Positions 47,500 through 55,832 of a DNA stretch of 64,000 nucleotides are shown piece by piece; the first letter of the stretch is position 1, and each line of letters opens with the position of its first letter. The stretch lies in NCBI GenBank assembly GCA_014728035.1, contig WJMJ01000022.1, forward strand, positions 32,001 to 96,000, written 5' to 3'. The position numbers were made by a program, and so were the translations under genes. The DNA comes from Promethearchaeota archaeon. GTDB taxonomy: Archaea; Asgardarchaeota; Thorarchaeia; Thorarchaeales; Thorarchaeaceae. The notes under the pieces were generated by a model. The model was not told where the DNA came from and searched no databases. It saw nothing but the letters and a program-made list of their open reading frames with translations.

Positions 47500-48345
47500 G
47501 TGTCAAGTTCTGATGAGAAGGAAATATACGTTTTTTGTGAACAATGCAAGCAGAATGTACTCCTACGTGTCCCTCTAACCTCTGATGCTGCTACAAGGGG
47601 CGGCTTAATGTCTGTTGTTTCTGTTCATGGTAACCCTCCTCATGCACTCATGGCATATCTTGATGCAGAATTTCGTGTGAGAGGGATAGAGTATCCAGCA
47701 GCAGCTCAGACTGCGGACGCTGGGCGGATAGAGTCAGTTCCTGAAAGCAAAACGGAGGCACTTGAAGAAAAAGTCGAACTAGGATTATTAGCATTGCTTG
47801 ATATTTTTCATCCAAAAAGAAAGGATGCAATAAAAGCACTAGCAATAATTATGGTCAATATGCTTACCAAGAAGCGAATTTTTCTGATTCATGATGAAAA
47901 AGCAATTGGAACTTCTGTTATTTCGGCACTTCATGATATTGCGTCATTTGAAGAGGATCTGATTACACTCATTAATCATACAATTCTCTCAAAGAGTGAA
48001 CTGAATCCATTTTGTGTCTATGACCTTCAGCAAAATAAACTCCTTCACCAAGGTCCAAAAATCGACTCGAAATATTTTGAGCGCATTCTTCAAGATATCG
48101 CAAAGCACGAAAACCCCTACTTTAGACTTAAGAATGAAATGAGTAAAATCGTATATGCCTATGGTCGATTACAGGAAATTCTTTCAGCTCTGGATTCGTC
48201 TATTCTAGACACTCAGCTCGCTTGTGATGCGTCAATCGATTATGAATTACTTCCATTCCTTCTCGAAATGGCTGAATCTGAAGGGCATAATATCCGGTCA
48301 CTTGTGAAAAAGGACGGTCTCGGAAGGGCTCTTCGCAGTATTTAG
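47500..48345 (+). CDS. GTPase-associated protein: N-terminal CxxC/H/H domain plus possible DENN-like core
   Basis: CEQC..HGNPPH..LDAEFRVRG; NMLTKKRIFLIH..SAL..VYDLQQNK; GTG start at 47500 after SD GAGGT. Confidence 0.7.
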   Translation: MSSSDEKEIYVFCEQCKQNVLLRVPLTSDAATRGGLMSVVSVHGNPPHALMAYLDAEFRVRGIEYPAAAQTADAGRIESVPESKTEALEEKVELGLLALLDIFHPKRKDAIKALAIIMVNMLTKKRIFLIHDEKAIGTSVISALHDIASFEEDLITLINHTILSKSELNPFCVYDLQQNKLLHQGPKIDSKYFERILQDIAKHENPYFRLKNEMSKIVYAYGRLQEILSALDSSILDTQLACDASIDYELLPFLLEMAESEGHNIRSLVKKDGLGRALRSI

Positions 48346-48414
48346 CGAACTATACGAGTATATTTAACAATGGTTAACTTTAATAGTGGTGTTTCCAAGT
48401 GAATACTGATTGTA

Positions 48415-48990
48415 ATGATTGAGTATGTTGTGATTGTCTTAGCTGTGTTTCTGTTTGGAATGCAGCATAGTGGTATGTCTGCACTTAAGGTTAAGAATCG
48501 AATTATAGATCGATGGGGGAAGAAGGGCTATTCGCGTGTCTATACTATCACAGCAAGTATCACTCTACTCATTGCATTTCTCTCTATGCAATTTTGGGAC
48601 TGGTTATATTTTCTATTCCAATCATTCAATATTCTTTCATTTGCAGTTGGTATTCTACTGATAATAATTGGGCTGGTGATAACAACTGCAGCTACTAGAG
48701 TCATTTCAGTCAGTACTGTAGCAGATATGCGAACCGACCGGAAACCAGAACTAGTGACTGATGGTATTTATGCTCAAGTACGTCATCCCCTCTACCTTGC
48801 TACAATTATTCTTCTTATTGGACTTATTTTCCTCTATCTTCCCTTTCTGAGAGTCATTGTATTTTCTTTATCTCTGATTGCTTACACTCTAATTGGTGCA
48901 TATCTTGAAGAGAGAAAACTAATTTGTCACTATGGCCAGGATTATTTGGATTATAGAGAACAAGTTGGATTCATCCTTCCAAAGCTATGA
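48415..48990 (+). CDS. ICMT/NnrU-like membrane methyltransferase family protein
   Basis: FG.QHS; LVTDGIYAQVRHPLY; EERKL..YG.DY..Y..V..IL.P. Confidence 0.85.
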   Translation: MIEYVVIVLAVFLFGMQHSGMSALKVKNRIIDRWGKKGYSRVYTITASITLLIAFLSMQFWDWLYFLFQSFNILSFAVGILLIIIGLVITTAATRVISVSTVADMRTDRKPELVTDGIYAQVRHPLYLATIILLIGLIFLYLPFLRVIVFSLSLIAYTLIGAYLEERKLICHYGQDYLDYREQVGFILPKL

Positions 48991-49004
48991 AAGAAGATAT
49001 CTCC

Positions 49005-49448
49005 TCATTCTGAATTTAGCATCTTTTGTATCTTTGATAGATGTCTTCCTTTTTTAACAGCATCAGGACTGATCTTGTGAACTCGACCATGTTCTACAAC
49101 ATAATGTTCCACTTCCAATTCTGGAACAAAATGGCGTTTGACATCTTCTGTAACAAAATGCAATTGTACGCAATGCGGACTTCCATCAACAGAAAGTGCT
49201 ACAACACGTTTCAGTTGAGAATATCTCACAAATGATGCTATTTTGAAGCCTGCTTGATTAACATGTGCGTCTTCTAGACATATATTCAGGACCGCATAGC
49301 CTCCATCCTTTTGAGCAAATGCTTCAACAATCTCAGGATACTGCGTTAGCATGCAAGTACCGATAATGAGCAATTGGCCTTTTTCCCGAACATGTCGGGC
49401 TCCAACATTGGTACACAAAAGTGGATTGGAGTCGGTCATATCCCTCAA
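49005..49448 (-). CDS. Conserved Cys-containing protein (Fe-S-associated family)
   Basis: LLIIGTC; ICLE..H; SVDGSPHCVQLH. Confidence 0.7.
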   Translation of the reverse strand: MRDMTDSNPLLCTNVGARHVREKGQLLIIGTCMLTQYPEIVEAFAQKDGGYAVLNICLEDAHVNQAGFKIASFVRYSQLKRVVALSVDGSPHCVQLHFVTEDVKRHFVPELEVEHYVVEHGRVHKISPDAVKKGRHLSKIQKMLNSE

Positions 49449-50381
49449 CTACCATTTTCTTCTAAATGGAGTATCTTCTTCTTCCTTAGGAATCCATTGG
49501 CCTACCAATGGTGCTGCTATTCTCCCAATGATGTCCCCTTCAAAAACGTAATTCATTCTTGCAAGTGAAACAACTGCACCATCATAGGGACTCTTCATTG
49601 GTCCTTTTCCTTGAATTTCCCCAATAACATCATCCTCTCGAATAACTTCTCCAAGATTTACTTTTGGAACAAAAAAGCCTTCATTCTTGGTATTGATATG
49701 CTGTAACATACCTGTGAATATGCTGGATGTTTCAATTTTATCACCTGGAATCATATCTTTGATTCTCATTAGATTCACAATGGCTTCTCGCACTTCAACA
49801 GCTGCTTGACTGTCTATTTCATTCTTGGATCCTCTCATCTCGATTGAAACAGTTGGAATTCCTTCATGTGCACCTTCTGTTGTAAGAGACCCTCTAATTC
49901 CCGAGCTCTCAATAACTAGGGGAAGGGATATTTGTGAAGCAAGATTTCGAACATGGATATATTCTCGGTGCATGGCAATGACATGGCTAACGCATGCTTG
50001 TAATCCTGTCCTCAATTCAATAACATAGTCTGCCTGCACAGCTCTTCTCCAAATCTCCCAGGCAATTCGTTCTGTCACTGTTCCATGTTCGTTACCTGGG
50101 AATACGCTATCCATGTCTTTTGAATCCAATGGTGAAACTTTTGTGCCCAGACGAAATGCTAGTGGATTAGACACTGGGAGGACCGTAATCGACCCATCAA
50201 TACGGTCTATCTGTTCAAGATGTTTCATAATGAGATAGCTGGCATACATACCACTTGCTGAAAGTCCATCCATCCCAGCTATGATGAGTATGTTTGGTCT
50301 TTCTGTTCCAAAGGTGTAGAATCCAAGAGTGGTTCCCGTTTTAGGATCGATATCGATTGCATCAACTGACGCTTTTACCAT
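49449..50381 (-). CDS. Succinylglutamate desuccinylase/aspartoacylase (M14) family protein, degenerate metal site
   Basis: LPVSNP.AF; DMDSVFPG..GT.TERIA; C-terminal lipoyl-like barrel; HGDE replaced by DGLS. Confidence 0.8.
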   Translation of the reverse strand: MVKASVDAIDIDPKTGTTLGFYTFGTERPNILIIAGMDGLSASGMYASYLIMKHLEQIDRIDGSITVLPVSNPLAFRLGTKVSPLDSKDMDSVFPGNEHGTVTERIAWEIWRRAVQADYVIELRTGLQACVSHVIAMHREYIHVRNLASQISLPLVIESSGIRGSLTTEGAHEGIPTVSIEMRGSKNEIDSQAAVEVREAIVNLMRIKDMIPGDKIETSSIFTGMLQHINTKNEGFFVPKVNLGEVIREDDVIGEIQGKGPMKSPYDGAVVSLARMNYVFEGDIIGRIAAPLVGQWIPKEEEDTPFRRKW

Positions 50382-50449
50382 GTGTATCCCTTCTGTTCAC
50401 TTCAAATTGTTTTTCGTTTTCTACAATATGAAGCAGTGTATCACTTTCA

Positions 50450-51097
50450 CTAGACACTACAATTTAACCTCTTATCAACATTAAAAACAAACACATCTGT
50501 TTTTCGCTCCTGAGAGAGAAATGAATCATGTCTGCTAATTGCAAATTTGCTATTTAGAGACCAGAAATCAAACTCAAATAGTTCCTCGTGTCCACACATT
50601 TCTGGATTTCCAATCCACATCAATGGTATTCCCATTTTAACCAATTCAATTCCTGCCATTGATAGATATGGTTCCCAACTGATAATCACAAGTGCTGGGT
50701 CATATTCCTCGACTGTTTCAATAGCAGTCTTTTTCTCAACCCATTTTGGATATGCAATGTTGTATCGTCCGGTCTTAGCATCTGTTGTAATAATGTCACA
50801 ATCAAGTCTGGTTCGAATAAATTCTGTTAGTCTTCCATCTCCACTCATTACTTCAGCAATCGGATGATTTCCCTCAATTTGAATGTGTTTTTGTATCGTG
50901 TCCGAAATCTCAAGGATAAATTCTTCGCTATAGATTTGAAATATCCATCTCCCACCTGCATTTGACCCATTACAATATTTTTTCACATCAAAGTCACGCT
51001 CAACAACTTTGAAAAACTCGAGTACTTTCGAATATGGGTACAACTCTTCATGAATATCAATGAATACATCTTGGGTGTACATCCAATCATGGCTCAT
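50450..51097 (-). CDS. Class I SAM-dependent methyltransferase-like hypothetical protein
   Basis: IAEVMSGDGRL; ITTD; VIISW. Confidence 0.6.
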   Translation of the reverse strand: MSHDWMYTQDVFIDIHEELYPYSKVLEFFKVVERDFDVKKYCNGSNAGGRWIFQIYSEEFILEISDTIQKHIQIEGNHPIAEVMSGDGRLTEFIRTRLDCDIITTDAKTGRYNIAYPKWVEKKTAIETVEEYDPALVIISWEPYLSMAGIELVKMGIPLMWIGNPEMCGHEELFEFDFWSLNSKFAISRHDSFLSQERKTDVFVFNVDKRLNCSV

Positions 51098-51233
51098 AGA
51101 TTCACCCCGTTTGAAGGCTATTTCTCAGTATCTGTTTTGACGTTTTAACACAGTTGTTCAGAATGCGCAATCTAACTCATATTTTTGAGATAAAAGCAAA
51201 AAGACCTATATGTAAATTTTACTAATATCTCAT

Positions 51234-51743
51234 GTGGTCCTAATGGCAATCACACGTAGAATACTACTAATATCAGTCCTTTTCATGTGCTTGACTTTTG
51301 TTATGCCAGCAAATGTTGCAGCATGTGATGCAACCTACAACTCTGATTTCGGTGTGGCCATTGATCATGCAAACTATTCGGATATAGACGGCGACTCTGT
51401 AGCGGATGATGTCTTGACCATCACTCGTATCTTCCATAACTCCGAGTTTACAACAATCAAGAAGACTATAGTCTTCACCACTGTACAGGTACCTTCTGGA
51501 AGGATATTCCACAGTATCTTACATGTGAAAGGTGATTACTCGACAATGGAGGTTACTATTGAATGGTACAACATCGCAAAGGAAGCAGGATGGTACGATT
51601 TGAATGTCTTTGCACTTCTGATTACATCAGATGGTGTAATATTCCTTCATGCCTATGTTTCGTTTGATCCTCCAGAAGGAGGCGATCCCGGTCCACCGTT
51701 GTATCCTGATGCAGAGATCAATGAAACCGTAAATCTGATGTAA
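51234..51743 (+). CDS. Secreted/surface protein with signal peptide
   Basis: RR plus hydrophobic core plus VAA cleavage-like site; DIDGDSVADD; beta-sandwich-like; Pro/Gly tail. Confidence 0.7.
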   Translation: MVLMAITRRILLISVLFMCLTFVMPANVAACDATYNSDFGVAIDHANYSDIDGDSVADDVLTITRIFHNSEFTTIKKTIVFTTVQVPSGRIFHSILHVKGDYSTMEVTIEWYNIAKEAGWYDLNVFALLITSDGVIFLHAYVSFDPPEGGDPGPPLYPDAEINETVNLM

Positions 51744-51812
51744 ACAATGGAATCAAATAGGATCAAATCTAGATAAAGAGAGAGAGTGTGTGTAGCGGTG
51801 AGCGGGAATCTA

Positions 51813-52916
51813 ATGAAGGATTATCTGTCATTATTGATTGCCATACAGAATAATCCCTTTGGAACCACAGACGAGCTATCTAGTGAATCCGATATATCTA
51901 AACCCACAGTTATCAAAAGGTTGCGTGTTCTACAAGGTGAAAAACGACTTATCCCTGAGGAAGATCCAAAGAAGTATTTCTCAGTAAAACCCATTCTCAA
52001 CTATTCTGCACTTGGATTGGAACCTGTTGATATACTTGCAGAAACCTCTGACTTGCAGTCCACAGAAATTCTGGAAAATGTCGCTTACGAGCACCCTTAT
52101 ACTGCTTACAGAAGCAGATGTTTTGGAAATCCAAATGGGGTGTTGTTTCAATTTAGAACTCCAGCTGGCACCTCCAACCTAATTCAAGAGTTATTCGAAA
52201 TACTCTGGAATCGAGGAACAATATCAGGTTATCATATTCTACCCGTCAAAGATTCTATTCTACGATACACATCGATGCAACTTACTGGATGGAATGAGAA
52301 TGACTCTAGGTGGGAATTCGATTGGAAAAGATGGTTCAAAGCATCGACCCGCAAAAGGGTCGAGTCGCATAAGACTTCCACATCCGTGTTAGAAACTTTG
52401 ACTAAAGATGATTTGCATATTCTTCGTGAACTTATGGTGGATTCCCGTAGGAAGAACCTTGAGATTATAGAACAATTAGCTCAGCGTGGAGTTGATTTTA
52501 CACCTCAGACTTATAGCCGTCATCAACAGATGATTAAAGACCAATGTACTCTGGGGTTTAGAGTAGCGATTGATCCTGAACCGTTTGATGTATTAACTAA
52601 CTTACTTGTGATAGGAACCGCAGATTCTGAGTATCTGCAAGAACTAGTTGCAAAGACCCAATTCATACCTTTCCCATTCGAATCTACAATTAGGATATCC
52701 AACAATCATCTGTTTTGGTATATCAGGTTAAATCAAGACCACGTTTCACCACTGCTAAATGGGCTCTTTGAAAAAATAGAAAATATGCGGGTCTGTTTCC
52801 TAGACTACCGGAACTCGTTTCTCTACAACATCTGGCCTGATGCATTTGATGAAGAAGAAAAAGAATGGCGAGTTGATAGAGCCTTCATGATAGACCGTGT
52901 TACCGACAGTCTATGA
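51813..52916 (+). CDS. Double winged-helix Lrp/AsnC-like regulator
   Basis: N-terminal HTH ELSSESDISKPTVIKRL; second HTH DLHILRELMVDSR. Confidence 0.72.
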   Translation: MKDYLSLLIAIQNNPFGTTDELSSESDISKPTVIKRLRVLQGEKRLIPEEDPKKYFSVKPILNYSALGLEPVDILAETSDLQSTEILENVAYEHPYTAYRSRCFGNPNGVLFQFRTPAGTSNLIQELFEILWNRGTISGYHILPVKDSILRYTSMQLTGWNENDSRWEFDWKRWFKASTRKRVESHKTSTSVLETLTKDDLHILRELMVDSRRKNLEIIEQLAQRGVDFTPQTYSRHQQMIKDQCTLGFRVAIDPEPFDVLTNLLVIGTADSEYLQELVAKTQFIPFPFESTIRISNNHLFWYIRLNQDHVSPLLNGLFEKIENMRVCFLDYRNSFLYNIWPDAFDEEEKEWRVDRAFMIDRVTDSL

Positions 52917-52930
52917 AGACTCAATCAACA

Positions 52931-53974
52931 TTAGTTGCCTTTTGTTACTTTGAATACTGATATTGGTGTGGCTGTTTCGAATCTTGCTGCTCCTGCTTCT
53001 TTTACCCATTCTTCCATGGTGTCTTTGTAAAAGAACCCATAAGCTCCCTCTACGACTTTGAAATGGGCTTCACCATACTTGTTTGCGTCTGGGTAGAAAT
53101 TCTGAGTGCCAAATAGGAAACCGCCAGGTTTTAGCACACGAAGCATCTCTGTGATGGCACTTTTTGGATCTGTCCAGTGTAGCACTTGGGATGCATAGAC
53201 AATATCAAAGGTCTCATCATCGAAGGGGATGTTTTCAGCATATCCTGGATGAAACTCCACCGGGAATTCGTTTACTTTGTCTTTGATACTCATGTCATGT
53301 CCGTTGTGCTCGGAGACCATCTGGGCAAACTCCTCTTGTGCTATCCGAAGAAGATTCTCATCTGGATCGATTGCTACTATCTGCATTGGGGACCCATTTT
53401 GGAATAGATCGTTTTCATAGTAGTAAGACCAGATTGCGGCTGTTCCCCGGCCGTTTCCAGAGCCTACATCTAGAAATCTTATAGGCTCTTTCAGCGCGTC
53501 TGCAAAAGCAAAAGCTGCGCGGCGAATTTGTTCATAGAGCTTGTTTGACAGTGCGTCGTCCCAGTTGAATAGATTGAGACCTCCTGTAAATTCAATGTAC
53601 TTCCCTCTAAGTCTGTCAGGTATAGCTCTTGCGTGGTCAACCCAAAGTTCTTGCATGGCATCATCAAAACAGCTTGGGCATTGCCAGGCAAATTGAATCT
53701 CTTCGTCGATGAAAAGGTGGTCATCATCTTGTTCGATCACGCCATCCTCTAGCAAGATTGATAGAAGATATTCTAGGAATTCAATATCTGTATATTTGTA
53801 CTCCGATGCAATCTCCATGATAGTTTTAGGTTCTCTCAGTAAGTCGAACCAACCTTCATTTCTTAAAACTCCCAGAATATTTCCTCGAAAGAAGATGTCT
53901 ATTTCTGTTCTGAGTTTTGACACATTCAAACCAAGTTTCATTAGTTCTTTCCAAGCTTTCAATTTTCTAATCAT
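52931..53974 (-). CDS. Class I SAM-dependent methyltransferase (UbiE-like C-terminus)
   Basis: FLDVGSGNG; AENIPFDDETFD; LHW.DP..EMLRVLKPGG. Confidence 0.9.
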   Translation of the reverse strand: MIRKLKAWKELMKLGLNVSKLRTEIDIFFRGNILGVLRNEGWFDLLREPKTIMEIASEYKYTDIEFLEYLLSILLEDGVIEQDDDHLFIDEEIQFAWQCPSCFDDAMQELWVDHARAIPDRLRGKYIEFTGGLNLFNWDDALSNKLYEQIRRAAFAFADALKEPIRFLDVGSGNGRGTAAIWSYYYENDLFQNGSPMQIVAIDPDENLLRIAQEEFAQMVSEHNGHDMSIKDKVNEFPVEFHPGYAENIPFDDETFDIVYASQVLHWTDPKSAITEMLRVLKPGGFLFGTQNFYPDANKYGEAHFKVVEGAYGFFYKDTMEEWVKEAGAARFETATPISVFKVTKGN

Positions 53975-53988
53975 AATTTCACCTCCTT

Positions 53989-54903
53989 TTATCTTAGTAG
54001 CCCTCGCCTATCCACATAATCTAGCATATCGAAAATTTGTGAAATCTTACCTATTTGCCCCTGTTCGAGGAGATTGATTACACTTGCAGTTCCACTTAAC
54101 AGTGGCATAAGAATTTCTTTTGCAAAGGGATATTTGCGTTCAACTCGCTCCACAATAGATGGTATTCGAGGTATGAATCCAAATTCAATTTTTGAGTATA
54201 GTCGATCATCGGAAGCCAACCTGATTAGTATCTCTGGATTTATCTTTGGATATTCTGATATTACATGCAATCCTAGAATGAGTAAACGTTTGTCAGGTAT
54301 TGCATCCCGATGTGTGTTTTTTGTCAGCTCTTTAAGAAGAATTTTGATAGATGTTATAGCTGCCGCTCCCTTAGCGGTCACGCAGGCAACTCTTGAATTA
54401 TTAATCCAGATTCGCAAGTCTTGATCTGCAATTGTAAAACTCATCTCCTCTGGTAGAGTTTCATATACGCGTTCTGCCTCCTCTACTTTTTTATCGAGTA
54501 ACCTAGCAAGTTCTAACAATCGCACTTTCTCGCTTCCTAGCCCTTCCATGACCCACGAGTCAATTCTGTCCATAATGAATACATTCTCAAGGTAGGGGTG
54601 CGTATGTAGTGCATCAGGTTTTTGAGATACTAGCCAGAGTCTTTTTTCTTCTTCGAGCTTATCAATCTGTTCGACAAAAGCATCTTTGTGACCACGGAAT
54701 AGATGTTTATGGTCCACAACTACAGTGTTAACATGACGTTCATTTCCAATCTCGTGAGCAACTCGATACGTTGTGAGTTGCATACCAAAGAATTTCTCAT
54801 GTGTTGTCTTTGACTCGAATGTTGTTGGGTTTTCAGGATCAAATTTGATAGGCTCATTACATACAGCACATTGAAACTGTGTTATCTGTTGAATTTGACT
54901 CAC
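53989..54903 (-). CDS. GTPase-associated protein: CxxC/H/H domain, longin/roadblock-like middle, wHTH end
   Basis: CAVC..HEIGNERH..VDHKHLFRG; GTG start at 54903 overlaps the GTPase stop, SD GGAGG. Confidence 0.7.
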   Translation of the reverse strand: MSQIQQITQFQCAVCNEPIKFDPENPTTFESKTTHEKFFGMQLTTYRVAHEIGNERHVNTVVVDHKHLFRGHKDAFVEQIDKLEEEKRLWLVSQKPDALHTHPYLENVFIMDRIDSWVMEGLGSEKVRLLELARLLDKKVEEAERVYETLPEEMSFTIADQDLRIWINNSRVACVTAKGAAAITSIKILLKELTKNTHRDAIPDKRLLILGLHVISEYPKINPEILIRLASDDRLYSKIEFGFIPRIPSIVERVERKYPFAKEILMPLLSGTASVINLLEQGQIGKISQIFDMLDYVDRRGLLR

Positions 54904-55553
54904 TATGCTACCTCCTTTTTGAAGAGATGGTCCACCAGCCAACGTTTTATACCATTCATTCCTTGTCCTGTCATACAGCTAATCTCAAAATATTCAACTA
55001 TCTGGGGATTGCCATGGAGAATCGCTTCAATCAACCCTTTGTCCATGGTGCAGTTCAAATCACACTTGTTTCTGACTAGGATAAAGTCGGGAGTTGGGCT
55101 TTTTGTCTGTGATATATAATAGCCAGTCAGCAAGTCCATCCATTCAGTCAAATCAATTAATGATTGAATATTGTCACTTGCAAAAACAAGGATGACTACA
55201 TCCACACCTCCGAGAGCAGTTCGACTAATATCTTTGAGTGCATGAATAGGGGAGTCGAGCTGTCCAGAAATATCGACCATTTGACATACTCCAGTAATGT
55301 CTTCCTCTACTAGATCGGAAGCTGCTATTGCAGATAGGTCGATGAAATGTGTTCGGTGATATTCTGCTTCTCCCTCAAGCAATTCTCCAAGGCTCTTTTT
55401 CTCTCTCAGAACCGTTAGTAAGCTGGTTTTTCCAACGGCCCCAGACCCTGCCATCAGAATCTTTCTGATTCCTTTTCGCAGTTTTATTTCTTCTATCATA
55501 CTCCGGGATGTTTCAGGCTCGTGTTCTTTGGCAGTCAATTTACTCGCACTCAT
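54903..55553 (-). CDS. Divergent Ras-superfamily small GTPase
   Basis: G1 GSGAVGKTS, G3 DISGQ, G4 NKCD, G5 SC; start ATG 55553 or TTG 55568. Confidence 0.88.
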   Translation of the reverse strand: MSASKLTAKEHEPETSRSMIEEIKLRKGIRKILMAGSGAVGKTSLLTVLREKKSLGELLEGEAEYHRTHFIDLSAIAASDLVEEDITGVCQMVDISGQLDSPIHALKDISRTALGGVDVVILVFASDNIQSLIDLTEWMDLLTGYYISQTKSPTPDFILVRNKCDLNCTMDKGLIEAILHGNPQIVEYFEISCMTGQGMNGIKRWLVDHLFKKEVA

Positions 55554-55832
55554 TTTTATCACAGGCAAATATACTCCATTATGATATAATAGTAAAATTT
55601 AGATATAAATCTTTACTATTCTACCACTTTCTATTTTTTGCAAAACTGTGCTTTTTTCTAATAGTTAGAAAAAATTGACCATAGAAATATTAGACAAAAA
55701 GAGTCGTTTTTGTATGAGTGAACTAAGGATGTATTGTGTTCTTAGTAGAGATATTTGATTGCGCATGCGAGTACTTTATAGCAGACTTCTTTTTCGGTTC
55801 CATAGTCAATACCACCAATCGAGGTCAATACA

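Noticed and set aside
46925-48990. GTPase prenylation/methylation by the adjacent ICMT-family gene
   Set aside because: GTPase ends in MMRN with no C-terminal Cys; the ICMT family is widespread in prokaryotes with other substrates
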